Origin: Octopus sinensis | Lineage: Eukaryota | NCBI RefSeq assembly: GCF_006345805.1 | Contig: NC_043003.1 | Location: forward strand, 37,448,001-37,512,000 | Length of the DNA stretch: 64,000 nucleotides | Direction of reading: 5' to 3' | Part shown: piece after piece, positions 1 to 11,653 of the stretch | Layout of the letters: the number at the start of each line of letters is the position of its first letter | Position numbering within the stretch: position 1 is the first letter of the stretch | Translations under genes and position numbers: made by a program | The notes under the pieces: generated by a model | Databases searched by the model: none | What the model was told of the DNA's origin: nothing | Seen by the model: the letters and a program-made list of their open reading frames with translations, nothing else

Positions 1-117
1 CGCACACAATGCTTAACGGCAATTCTTTCAGCTTTTTTTTCTTTCTTGCGTTCTGAGTTCTAATTCGACTTTTCTTTTCATCTTTTTGGAGAGCATAGAT
101 AAGTTAAGTTAATTTTT

Positions 118-312
118 TGGGGCTCACAAAGCAAAAAGCAAGGCCATGTTGGGGGACATGGAGTTATGTATAGGGTGGTGTTCATGCAAAGAGTTCAGGC
201 CATATCTGGTCAAGAGAGACTTTGAACCGAGCGGTCGTCGGCATCTTCACTATCTCGTCCGGCAGCTTATTCCACGGATCCGCAACCCGGACGGAGAAAG
301 CCCCTCTCCTTC
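118..312 (-). mobile_element. CR1/L2-group LINE 3' end fragment
   Basis: Reverse strand reads RRGAFSVRVADPWNKLPDEIVKMPTTARFKVSLDQIWPELFA*, matching the CR1 ORF2 C-terminal pattern (FSxRVxxxWNxLP...FKxxLD). Confidence 0.75.
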
Positions 313-383
313 GTTTGAGATGAAATCGTCGCAGATAGAGCTTTTCGGTCAAGTACAAGGGACAATATAATCAACTAACTTCT

Positions 384-827
384 CAAGGTGGCGAGCTGGC
401 AGAATCGTTAGCACACCGGGTAAAACACATAGCGGCATTTCGCCCATCACTACGTCCTGAGTTCAAATTCCGCCAAGGTCGATTTTACTTTTCATCCTTT
501 CGGAGTCAATGAAATGAGTACCAGTTGAACACTGGGGTCGATGTAATCGACTCATCCCCTCCCCCAAAATTGCTGCCCTTGTGGCAAAAATTTGAAATTA
601 TTATTGTTGCCATTAAGACGGCGAACTGACAGAGTCGTTGCCGCGACAGGCAAAATGCTTAGCGGTTTTTCGTCCGTCTTTATGTTACGAGTTCAAATTC
701 CACCATGGTCAACTTTGCATTTTATCCTTTTGGGGTCGATAAGATAAATACCAATTGAGCACAAAGATCAATGGAACCAACTTACTTCTTCCTCCGAACT
801 TGCAGGCCTTGTGCCAAAATTTGAAAC

Positions 828-868
<41 letters not shown>

Positions 869-877
869 TATTATTGT

Positions 878-920
<43 letters not shown>

Positions 921-1150
921 TGTTGTTGTTGTTGTTGTAAGGCGGCAAACTAATAGAACCGTTAGAACACCGGTCAAAATGCTTAGCGGCATTTCATCCG
1001 TCTTTACGTTCTGAGTTCAAATTCCGCCGAGGTCAACTTTTCCTGTCATCCTTTCAGGTCGATAAAATAAGTTCTAATTGAGTACAGGGCTGATGTAATC
1101 GACTAGCCCCTCCCCTCAAATTTCAAGCCTTGTACCTATAGTAGAAAGGA
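384..1150 (+). mobile_element. Three copies of tRNA-derived SINE family A (about 384-600, 612-825, 918-1150)
   Basis: Each copy has the head GGCGAGCTGGCAGAATCGTTAGC (A-box-like), the B-box GAGTTCAAATTCC and the body GTCGACTTTGCCTTTCATCCTTTCGGGGTCG. The same family recurs more than 15 times in the window. Confidence 0.85.
820..918. repeat. Compound (ATT)n(GTA)n(GTT)n microsatellite
   Basis: Directly visible; produces the poly-I/V/T pseudo-ORFs in the track. Confidence 0.95.
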
Positions 1151-1264
1151 TTATTATAATTAGTAGTGGTGGTGATGGTGGTGGTGCCAGCAACACGTAG
1201 TTCGTAAGTTCTGTTTTATTTTAACTGTATTTGAAAAAAACCTGGTTTAATATTTTTTTTTTAC

Positions 1265-1372
1265 CTTGTGTGTACGTAAATTGCAAAACATTGTGAGAAG
1301 CTACTCAGTTCCCCTACATTTTCGTCCTTCGGGGCAGAATTTGTAATTAATATTCGTGAAATTTGCTCACTT
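1265..1372 (-). CDS. Candidate coding exon 3 of an unidentified minus-strand gene (..EQISRILITNSAPKDENVGELSSFSQCFAIYVHT..)
   Basis: Polypyrimidine tract then tandem acceptors ttttttttAAAG|AAG| (exon starts 1372 or 1369), an open phase-2 frame and donor AG|GTAAAA at 1264. Phase matches exon 2 (4976-5042). Confidence 0.45.
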
Positions 1373-1489
1373 CTTTAAAAAAAATAGGAAGAAGAAGAAG
1401 AACATTACGTTGAATTATTCGGCAAAAAGTCGAGGGAATGACATTAGAGATCGGAAAAGCTGTATTGACCTTGACTACTTTATGTTAAA

Positions 1490-1890
1490 ACAAACCACCA
1501 CCATCATCACCACCACAAAACAGCCATCTTTAGCACTGGCCGAAACAACAACAACAACAACAGCAACAACAAGGAAAATGAAAACCACAATAACAATCAA
1601 AAACAATAATTGTAGCAGCGGCAGGAACAATGACATGTCAAACAAAGAAACGCGCAGGAGAGAAGAGTTCATTGCTACCGTCACCATCACCATAACAACA
1701 AACTGTAACAGCAGAAACAATGCCACTACTACCACTCACCCACCCCAATAAAAAGCAAAATGGCAGCAACGACAACGAAAGTAGTAACGGCAGCAGCAAC
1801 AACAACAACAGCAACTGTAACAGCGAAAGCAATAACACCAGCAGAATACAAATCAATAACACCACCATCAGCGCCAACTAACAGCAGCAA
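1490..1890. repeat. Degenerate (CAA/CAG/CAC)n low-complexity tract
   Basis: Visible trinucleotide degeneracy; source of the poly-T/V ORFs. Confidence 0.85.
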
Positions 1891-2415
1891 GGCTTCCTTC
1901 ACTAGAGTGATCCCCCTCAAGAGAGTTTATTCAGTTTCTCCTTAGAAGAGAAGCTGATAAAATTATGGGACACCACTCGATTTACAAAAATTAGGGGAAG
2001 AAGTGCAAAGCTTCTGAGATTCTAACTGCGACCACTAGGACTGTTCGATATCGCTGCGTGAGTTTAACGACTCGTCACCTGGAAACGGTCATGAACACCC
2101 AAGTAGAAAGAGTTTTCTACGATGCATGGCAGGACATCCAGCATGTATCTAAAGCAAAGTAGTTTGGCGGGTCAATATAATACTTAAGGTTGAGGCCCAC
2201 GTAGTACATTCAGTGGTCTCCCACTTCAGCGAGGGTTTCGCTCTCCCACCCCCACTTATTTGGGAAGAAGGGCGATAGAGGTAACAATACCGCAGATTCC
2301 ACCAGAGCTATATCTCCGGTGGATATAAGTATGCATAGTGTAGGAAGAAAGCTAATCTCTATTGGATGTGAAGAGAACAAGGCAAGGGAAGTAGTTTCGG
2401 ATCACACTGAAAATC

Positions 2416-2600
2416 TTTCTCCATATAAAGGCTGAACTTGGCGGCATTTCGTCCGTCTTTATGTTCTGAGTTCAAATTCCACTAAGATCGACTTTGCCTT
2501 TCATCCTTTCGGGGTCGGTAAATTAAGTACCAGTGAAACACTGGGGTCGATATAATCGACTAGTACCATCCCTTGTGCCCTCAATAGAAAGGATTATTAT
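2416..2600 (+). mobile_element. SINE family A, truncated
   Basis: Family A body and AGAAAGGATTATT tail. Confidence 0.75.
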
Positions 2601-2609
2601 TATTACTGT

Positions 2610-3495
2610 TGTTGTTTTACTCCTAAGGCGCTCGGTCTTGTTTGCTCAAGTAGATTCTGTGAGAGCGGACAGCAGCCTGCTGTCAGGGTCTCACAGGGTC
2701 TCTTTCCGCACATTATGATCCTTGATACTTGGTTGTTAATTATCGTGAGAAACATTCAACATCCAAACGCCAATCTCAAAATCCTAGTTGTCCCCAGCAG
2801 GGCAGTTTGGGGGTGGGGCTTGCTCTGCTCTCAAGTCAATTTCGATTTCTCTGACATATTTTGCGAGTGTCCCTACAACTACTAAAATGAAAGACACTCT
2901 CCTCATAGTCCACATTCTTGCAATTTCGTTTTTTAGTAGTCTGTACTTTTTAATCTTTTCTAGTTCTTTGTCACTTATGTGTGCTTCCTCAGGTATTACA
3001 ATATCTATAATCTCGATTTCCTTTTTTCTTTTATCTACCACAACAACATCTGGTCTCTGAGCATCGATTAGGGAGTCACATTAGATTGTAAAATCGCAGA
3101 GTATCTTATATTCCTTGCTCTCGGTGACTCCTTCTGGTTCATGTTCGTACCATTTCCGTGCTCTGCCTAGGCCATACTTTTCATATAGCTTCCAGTGAAT
3201 AAACTTAGCCATGTTATCGTGCCTCATTTTGTAGTACTTTTGGGCCAGCTTGTTACACTCACTCACAATATGTGAGATTGTTTCGCTTCTGCTGCCACAC
3301 ATCCTACAAAGGAGCGATTCGCTACTCTTATCTATTTGGAATTTGGTGTAATTAGTTTTCAGAGTTTGTTCCTGAGGCGCTGCATATCTATGCCTCAGGG
3401 CATCCTTTCAGACCACTTTTTCTTAACCATCTCCAAGTACTGATCTTGTCTTTTCCTTCGATTTCTGCAGTGATTTCATTTTCCAATTGTTTGTT
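2610..3495 (-). mobile_element. R4/Dong-like RLE non-LTR retrotransposon 3' end, decayed
   Basis: Zinc knuckle C..CGSRSETISHIVSEC, RHD motif, PD-(D/E)xK-type DKRKKEIEIIDIVIP..KELEKIKKY, terminal TALLGTTRILR, then a hairpin-rich 3' UTR and (AAT)n tail. Confidence 0.8.
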
Positions 3496-4712
3496 CTTAT
3501 AGATCAAGAAAGGGCGCTTGGTACCTGGAGCGTCGGTAAACGCTCACAGCTTTCTGCCTGTCGGGCAACGCGGTCGGAGGAAGTTCCACTATGAAGTTCT
3601 ATAGGGGATCAGTAGCGGGAAAGACCGATGGCATCCTTGAGGAAACTCTGGGCGTCGGGGTGGGGAGTTGATTAACTGGTCTTTGCCAGAGGACTTTCGG
3701 GTTGGGGCCTATGGATAACTGCTAGAAATCCCTAGCCTGGCAGTGCTACCGAGGAGCTCTGCCGGTTCGAGACAAGCTCTACAGACAGGGAAATGATGTC
3801 AGACGGACCTGTGCGTATCGCATCCGTCATCTATTGCCTGACCGCCGTGCCTTGTCCCCGTTCGAGCCTTGCCAAGTTGGAGCATCCCCTCTTCAAATTC
3901 TTGTGAAGAGGACAGGTTCCGTTAGTGAGCCGGTCCATCTGCTGCCAGCACCCTCTACGTAGAGGGCTGGGCATGCCATGGTTAATGATGCGTATACATG
4001 CGCTGAGGTTGCGGCATCTCCAGATATTCTGCCTAAACGGTGAACAGGTGTGGTCGCCGTTTGTCAAACAGGCCTTTCCCCAGCTGGTTTCCTTAGCTGC
4101 AGTCCTGGTTCATGAAAAGACCCAGAGAGGGTGAATGACATCTGGAATGTTGCCAGTCTGTTCTGAAGGACTTTCGAACCGAGGACGATGGATAACTTCC
4201 AGTACTGACGGTTCGAGACAAACTCTACAGGCACGGAAATACTGTCAGACGGACCTGCCCAAGACACGCACAGAGCGACGAAACCGTTCTGTAAGCACTC
4301 GTCTAGTGTCCATGCATTACTGACTAGTGGAGTTATGTCGAACAGTTGTTGTCGCGTGTAGGACGGATCCGGCTATCGGCTGAGTCCATAGTGAAGAAGG
4401 ACCTGCCGCCTTCCTTTGACCAGGAAGGGCAGGCAATTTTCCCGTCTGGTAGCAGTAGTGAACTGAAGATAGACACTTTTCTCTTCGGCTAATCCCTTAT
4501 CAACTTTTTCAAATTTCACTTGGAAAGGAAAATGAGGGTGGAGAGAGAAGTGATGTCCCCTAGCACATTTGCTGAAAGGTGGGCGAATGTAGCGAAAATG
4601 GCCCGTGAGTGAACTTACTCTAATAATGTGCCTGTAGGCTGGTGAATTTGAGGAGGAGAGGTGTACCCTTCCAGAGTACCCTCGAAGCGTTGGGTGGTTC
4701 AGGATTGGTGGG
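3496..4712 (+). mobile_element. Tx1/L1-group LINE ORF2 C-terminal fragments, rearranged
   Basis: VSRSICCQHPLRRGLGMP, SLAWQCYRGALPVRDKL, RTCPRHAQSDETVL (zinc-finger remnant) and FFKFHLERKMRVERE, all with stops and frameshifts. Confidence 0.65.
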
Positions 4713-4820
4713 GTACCCCGAAAGAATGAAAGGCAAATCAACCTCGGCGGAATTCGAACTCAGAACGTAAGAACGGACGAAATGCCAAGTATTTTGCCCT
4801 GCGCGCCAACGTTTCAGCCA
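4712..4820 (-). mobile_element. SINE family A fragment
   Basis: Reverse complement of the family A head and B-box. Confidence 0.7.
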
Positions 4821-4975
4821 CCTTATATAAGGATGTTCATATTATTTACTGCCAAATAATATTTAGTGAGCTGAATAAAAGAATGGTAGGTATCCCACAA
4901 ACACGAAGTGAAATAACACTATTTATAAATCAGATAGTAGTTTAATGTTAACAAGACGAAATTTGTTAAACTTAC

Positions 4976-5042
4976 CAGTGAGGAAACTGGCTTCTCTGGC
5001 GTAAAGAACGTTCAATCATGCTAAGCAATTCAGTTGGATGGA
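4976..5042 (-). CDS. Candidate coding exon 2 of the unidentified gene (V-HPTELLSMIERSLRQRSQFPH)
   Basis: Acceptor TTACTTATTCCTTAG, donor TG|GTAAGT, 67 nt, open in phase 1 to phase 2, compatible with exon 1. Confidence 0.55.
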
Positions 5043-5734
5043 CTAAGGAATAAGTAATTTTTAAACCTCGTTTTCATTCTCTCTGTTAAATATTTATTGT
5101 AATGGAAAATCTCTTGGGTGTTTTTTTTGGTATTTCGCAGACAGAAGGGAAATAATCTGGTAAGTCAATATTTGTTCCGCTTTGAACAACAAAATTAATT
5201 ATTCAGAATATTCGGAAATTTAGAATGTTTGGAAACCAATATTTTACACTACCAACTTTTCTAGACGCACCCATATTCTGAAGTAGTTTCCAACAATTTT
5301 TGTGAAGTACTGATAAACAATGGAAAGAATGTGATTAGCAATACAAGAATATTCTTAGAATTTTAAATTAGTCTTGGTAATGAAAAGAAATTGCAGAGAA
5401 AAAGAAGGCTGTAAGTCTAGGAAGAATATGAAAATTTTCAATACATATATAAAGTTCAATATACATCTCATTTTACAGAGCTCAGTTTGATTGAAGATTA
5501 AGACTGGCTCCAAACAGGTGCTGATTATTAGTTTTTTGTAATTCTTATGTTCACAAGAATTTTGTTGTATTCAGAATTATTTCCAAAAGTGCCATATTTT
5601 CAAGAAAAATTAACGTTTAAATTGCATTTTTGTTTATTTGTTTAATTGTTATACAGATTTGGTTCGTTTTTTAATCTATATTTAGTTTAGAACATTTTCA
5701 GTGTGGGTATGCACACACCAGCAAGACTGTTTAC

Positions 5735-5780
5735 CGCCACTATGACTGCTGTCTCCTCCCTCTTCAACGGAGGTGGCCAT
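5735..5780 (-). CDS. Candidate first coding exon of the unidentified gene (MATSVEEGGDSSHSG)
   Basis: Start context CAAAATGGCC, in-frame upstream TGA, donor G|GTAAAC (phase 1), lying in a non-repetitive, GC-richer island (about 5700-6070). Confidence 0.55.
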
Positions 5781-6299
5781 TTTGAAATACAATTCTTTGA
5801 TTCTGATTTCTGTTCTTCCAGTTATTTTTCAAAATTATTATATTGCACTCAAACTGGAATACAGGAGAGCTGTATTTGTGAAAACTTGGCGATGTCAAGG
5901 TCATGGCGTTATACATTGAAAATCGAAGTGGTCGGTACTGCTCTGGAGAACTTGATTTCTTAAATGTGCGACTGTGATCGTGTCTGCACGGTCGACGTAG
6001 ATAAACCCGACTACTGGAAAGTGACCATGTCGATCCATGGCCATGCAGAGGCTTCTCTTTAATCTGTCTCATTATATTTCATTCTTGATTATTATTATTA
6101 TCATTGTTGTTATTGTTGCTGCTGTTGTTGTTCTTCTTCTTCTTCTTCCAATCAGGACTCACGCCATTAGCCAGAAAGAATAATCTCTAATTCGAGCCTA
6201 CTCTAAGCTACTAAGAATGCGTGCGGCAGCTTGAAGATCCACCCACCACATGTGATAGGCTGGCGGTTGCACGGGCGCGAAAGCTATGTTGTTATCCTC

Positions 6300-6610
6300 A
6301 TTCCGTAAACGGTGGCTTTTAACGGGTGGAGAGCTGAACCATCCTGGGGAACAGAGGATTCGCAATCTAGACTAGGGTCTGAGAGGTTACCACACCAGAG
6401 TGGATTACACCATGGCTCCTCTGCTTTGTGGCAGAAGTATGAATAAAGAGTGAGAGAAAGTTGTGGTGAAAGAGTACAGCGGAGTTCACCACCTTCCCCC
6501 ACTTAAGTGTTTTTGCTCAATAAACACTCACAAATCCCGGTCTGGGAATCGAAACCGCGTTCTTACGACCGCGAGTCCGCTGCCCTAACCACTGGGCCAT
6601 TGCGCCTCTA
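6300..6610 (-). mobile_element. tRNA-derived SINE family B
   Basis: Reverse head GAGGCGCAATGGCCCAGTGGTTAGGGCAGCGGACTCGCGGTCGTAAG..CGATTCCCAGACCGG; also at 28760 and 43146. Confidence 0.8.
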
Positions 6611-6635
6611 CTGCTGCTGTTGTTGTTACTATTAT

Positions 6636-6850
6636 AAGGTGGCGAGCTGGCAGAATCGTTAGCACGTCGGGCAATATGCATAACAGTATTTCGTCCGTCT
6701 TTGTGTTCTGAGTTCAAATTACGCCGAGGTCGACTTTGCCTTTCATCCCTTCGGGGTCGGTAAGATAAGAGCCAATTGAACACTGGGCTCGATGTAATCG
6801 ACTTAACCCCTCCCACAAAATTTCAGTCTTCTGCCTATAGTAGAAAGGAT
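6636..6850 (+). mobile_element. SINE family A
   Basis: Full head, B-box, body and (ATT) tail. Confidence 0.85.
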
Positions 6851-7041
6851 TATTATTATTATTACTACTACAACTACTATTACTACTACTATTACAACTA
6901 CAACTATACCACTACTATTACTGAATTCAGTGGAGTGACAGGCAAAGGGACTTGTGACATTTAGTGACGTCCCATTACATTCGAAACTCCTCATAGTCGA
7001 CTTTTACTTTTCATTTTCTTTATTTTTTTCTTTTTAGAATC

Positions 7042-7295
7042 AATAGCATCAATACCAACTAAATGCTGGGGTTCGTTGCAATCAAACTATACCAGTCCGC
7101 TTGAAAATGCATCGACTTGTACCTCTGTTAAAAAACCACTACTTTTATTTCTTCTGTTGTTATTAATAAATAGCATAAATACCAACCAAATGCTGGGGTT
7201 CGTTGCAATCAAACTATACCAGTCCGCTTGAAAATGCATCGACTTGTACCTCTGTTAAAAAACCACTACTTTTATTTCTTCTGTTGTTATTAATA
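7042..7295. repeat. 127-bp tandem duplication
   Basis: 7042-7168 and 7169-7295 differ at 2 positions. Confidence 0.95.
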
Positions 7296-8049
7296 CGGTC
7301 TCGTGTCTGCTTTTGACTGTACTCTGTCTTTGTGATTCTCAATGATAAACAATACCGTTCTATTATCACGTTTCACTGTCTTGCAGCAAATCTGTTGAGA
7401 TTGGTGCAAGTTTTATTCTTATTTCTTTATATATTTATTTATTTTTGTTTCGTCCCCATTGTTTTCGTTTCATTGTTTTCCTCTTGGTTGCTATAGAGAT
7501 GGAGCTGGAGCTGTCTATATCTACACCGTTGTATATTTTGATGGTTGTATAAAATTGTTATATCATTGGGAATGTCCTTCAGAGAAAGAAAATGTGTGTG
7601 CTGAAGTGAAATGCTGTTTGTGAATGCATGAAGGTGATGGGGAGGGGGTGCGTTAAGTGGGGGGTTACAATGTGTTGTGAGTCCTGGCGTAGCTTTTAAG
7701 CTTATTTTTTTATTATTTTTATTTTTATCTTTCATTTTTTATTTATATTTATTTTTTTATTTTTATACTTTATGTTTTATTTTATTTTTATTTTTCTAAG
7801 GTTCGGTTTCATAATTCAGAACATTGTTCTTGTTCTTATGATGATGATTATTATCGTGAATAACTAAAAGAATCGGTGGAACAGCACAGAGAAAATTCTT
7901 GCAATATTTAGTTACGTTCTTTTATTTTCTGGGTTCAAATCCCGTCCAGACTGACCTTGACTCGTGCCATTCCGAACTCAATGAAATAAAATACCATTCA
8001 ATACCAGTATTTAGTGCAACTTTCTTAGTTCTTGTAATCCAGATTCAAA

Positions 8050-8642
8050 ATACTGGCCACCCTGACTTTAGTGATTTGACATAGTGATTTGGGACCTGAC
8101 ATAATGATTTGGGATGGAGAACAGAAACTGTGTGTAGTTGGGAAAATGAGCTGCCCAACGGATATTAATATAAAGCTAAAGATCGGCGAAAAAGAAAATA
8201 CCTATGCTGAAGAATTAAGAAATCTGTAGTTACTCTACCCAGATTACAAGTTCAAGCTTATACTTGTAATTATTATCACACTAGGATATGTAACACACGG
8301 CTAAAATACCAATCTTGAGAAAAGGAGAAAGCTGATTCGATGACTACATATCCAAGCCACCACAGGAACTATAAAAAAATCTGTAAAACTTTCTAGAAGT
8401 TTAGCATTTAACTAAATAGGCGCACGTCTAGACATGCAACTATATGCATGAGAATACATATATAAAGCAAAACACAAATCTGCACATGAACTGACTCCAA
8501 ATACTGCACATATACACACATACATGCTAAAATACCCTGTTGATGTTGTTGAAATTCCAATGAAGGGGCCTTGGATCTAGGTTAGAAACCGGCTCTTTCT
8601 CTATTGGCAAAAAATCTTGAAATAAAACTGAATAATGACATT
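8050..8642 (+). mobile_element. RLE-type (R4/Dong-like) LINE 3' end with 3' UTR
   Basis: PDIMIWDGEQKLCVVGKMSCPTDINI..KENTY..LYPDYKF..GT.K (restriction-like endonuclease), followed by a UTR that runs into (TACA)n. Confidence 0.7.
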
Positions 8643-9270
8643 TACATACATACGTACGTACATACATACATACATACATACATACATACATACATACATA
8701 CATACATACATACATACATACATACATACATACATACATACGTACGTACGTACATACATACGTACATACATACATACATACATACATACATAATACATAC
8801 ATATATGCATACATACATACATACATACATACATACATACATACATACATACAATACATACATACATAATACATACATACATACATACATACATACATAC
8901 ATACACATATGCATACATACCTACATACATACATACATACATACATACATACATACATAATACATACATACATACATACATACATACACATATGCATACA
9001 TACCTACATACATACATACATACATACATAATACATACATACATACATACATACATACATACATACATACATACATACATAATACATACATACATACATA
9101 CATACATACATACATACATACATAATACATACATACATACATACATACATACATACATACATACATAATACATACATACATACATACATACATACATACA
9201 TACATACATACATACATACATACACATATGCATACATACATACATACATACATACATGCATACATACCTA
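8643..9270. repeat. Long (TACA)n microsatellite; second tract at about 9530-9660
   Basis: Directly visible; source of the MYVC/HTYI pseudo-ORFs. Confidence 0.95.
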
Positions 9271-9555
9271 CAAGCACAGAAGATGTTTTACAGTGTGTTT
9301 TGAATGTTTAACCTTACAACAATGCCAACCTGAAGAAGACTAAATAAGTAAATGGCTTGCTTTTTCCTTCTTTTTTACAAATAAAAGAAACACCTTTTAT
9401 TCATCAACTTAGCTTCATTCATACCAGATTTTGAAAATATTTTCCCCCTCGAAGAACTTCGAATTACGATCATGGCTGACACCGATAACAAAAGTACTAC
9501 CAATATTGACACCAACATAGACGTACATATACACATATATGCATACATACATACA

Positions 9556-9589
<34 letters not shown>

Positions 9590-9981
9590 CATACATACAT
9601 ACATACATACATACATACATACATACATACATACATACATACATACATACATACATACACACTGATAACGCAACCATTGTCTTTTTGACAGACGACAAAC
9701 AAAACCACCGACAGACGGTTGGCCGACATAATGAATAAAGACAAACGCAGTTGTCGGTATGTTTACATGTAGACTTGCACCCGCCATGTCCTTTACACAC
9801 TTAAGTAAATATGTATAACATGTTTGCCTGTGTATGTATGAATATATATATAAACATACACACACACACACATATATCAAATATATATATATATATATCA
9901 AATACATATATAGATTTATAGATTGCTATACACATATCTGTGTGTATACATATGCGTGTATGTGTGTGTGTGTATCTGTGT

Positions 9982-10028
<47 letters not shown>

Positions 10029-10047
10029 ATATATATATGTTTAATAC

Positions 10048-10078
10048 ACACACACGCAGATAGATAGATAGATAGATT

Positions 10079-10169
<91 letters not shown>

Positions 10170-10170
10170 T
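10048..10170. repeat. (GATA)n microsatellite
   Basis: Directly visible. Confidence 0.95.
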
Positions 10171-10419
10171 TATTGGCTACGCAGGGCTAAACACAGAAGG
10201 GACAAAATACAAAGTAGAGCTTTTCTTTCTGGGAAGAAAAGAAGGGGCTAAAGGGGGGCGAATTCCTATCAAAAGGGATCGTGAAAAAAAGGTGGGGATT
10301 CCGATCAAAAGGGATTGGGAAAAAAAAGTGGGGGCCGATCAATAGGGGTCGTGAAAAAAAAAGTGATGGTGATGGTGATGGTGAGGGACAAACTCAAACA
10401 TACACACGCGCGCGCGTGT

Positions 10420-10735
10420 GTGAAGGCACATGGCTCAGTGGTTGGAACGTCGGGCTCACAATCATGAGGTAGTGAATTCGATTCCCGGACCGAGCTCTGT
10501 GTTGTGTTCTTGAGCAAGACACTTTATTTCGCATTGTTCCAGTTAACTCAGCTGTAGAAATGAGTTGCGACATCTCTGGTACCAAGCCTTATGGGACTTT
10601 GACTTTTCCTTGGTTAACATCGTTGGTGTGGAGGTGGGAGTCTGGTATTCACGGGTGACTGCTGGTCATCCACCCTCGGAGGGTAATTTTCTAGGTGCAA
10701 TCTCATGATCATTCATGATCGAGGGTGGTCTTCTA
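10420..10735 (+). mobile_element. tRNA-derived SINE family C
   Basis: A-box TGGCTCAGTGG, B-box GAATTCGATTCCC, central TTGAGCAAGACACTT..CAGTTAACTCAGCTG domain. Confidence 0.7.
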
Positions 10736-10754
10736 CTTCATATATATAATATAT

Positions 10755-10805
<51 letters not shown>

Positions 10806-10824
10806 TATAATATATATATATATA

Positions 10825-10990
10825 TACATATACGACGAGTTTTTTTCAGTTTCCGTCTACCAATCTACTCATAAGGCTTTGGTCGGCCCGAGGTTATAGT
10901 AGAAACCACATACCCAAAGTACCACGCAGTGAGACTGAACCCAGAACCATGTGGTTGAGAAGCTTCTTACCTCACAGCCATACCTGCGCC
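10825..10990 (-). mobile_element. SINE family D; further copies at about 22430-22575 (+), 30015-30200 (-), 47010-47165 (+), 62030-62140 (-)
   Basis: Shared GGTTCAGTCCCACTGCGTGGCAC..GGTAGACGGAAACTGAAAGAAGCCCGTCG sequence. Confidence 0.75.
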
Positions 10991-11034
10991 TGTGGATGTA
11001 TGTAAATATATATCTACATCTAATGTAGGATAAA

Positions 11035-11653
11035 ATTTTTCTAAAAAAAGTTTATCAATGGCCAGCATATTAAAAAATACCTTTAAAGGTTAAATTTATA
11101 AACAACTTATAAATAAGTGTGTCTAGTTTCGGCATATTTGGCATTAGGAATTTTTTCGTTTGCCCTTATTTATAAGTTGTTTATAAATTTAACCTTTAAA
11201 GGTATTTTTTAATATGCTGGCCATTGATAAAAAATTTTTCGAAATATTTCGAAATATTTCCTACATTAGATGTAAATTTAATAGTGTTCACTTCCGGACG
11301 CTCTCACTCTGTGAGAGTTTCAGTTCGAATCGCATGTGTCTCGAATGGGCTGGAGAATTTCTATTTTGGATATATTTGGGGTACTTAATTGTGCTCATGA
11401 CTTAGTCTTTGCTTCTTCCATGGGTATGAGTAAGTATTTATTTCTTTGCCGCATTTATCACTGACGAAGGGAAGGTTCTTATGAACTAACCCTGAAATCG
11501 GTCCTATATGGTAATAACGGAAGTTTTTAGAAATTTCTGTCGACCTTTTTCGAGTAACGTGCTTATTGTGATAAATTATATGGTTATGAACAATGTGTCT
11601 AGTTTCGGCATATTTGGCATTAGAAATTTTTTCGTTTGCCCTTATTTATAAGT

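Noticed and set aside
1300-1345. Minus-strand GGACGAAA..GTAGGGG hammerhead-like fragment
   Set aside because: No CUGANGA core, and it falls in candidate exon 3 of the unidentified gene.
2077-2147. Possible extra minus-strand exon (YMLDVLPCIVENSFYLGVHDRFQ) with AG/GT ends
   Set aside because: Ends in phase 0, incompatible with the phase-2 exon at 1369/1372, and would also create TGA at its 5' junction. Kept only as a weak alternative.
5764-6072. 102-aa minus-strand ORF and 86-aa plus-strand ORF (5703-5963)
   Set aside because: No recognisable motifs; better explained as the 5' UTR/promoter of the gene starting at 5780 in another frame.
8527-9800. Long MYVC/HTYI ORFs up to 218 aa, and similar YI/CV/II ORFs elsewhere (12031-12845, 13645-14296, 28440-28937, 30540-30947, 31995-32682)
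   Set aside because: Translations of stop-free microsatellites, not genes.
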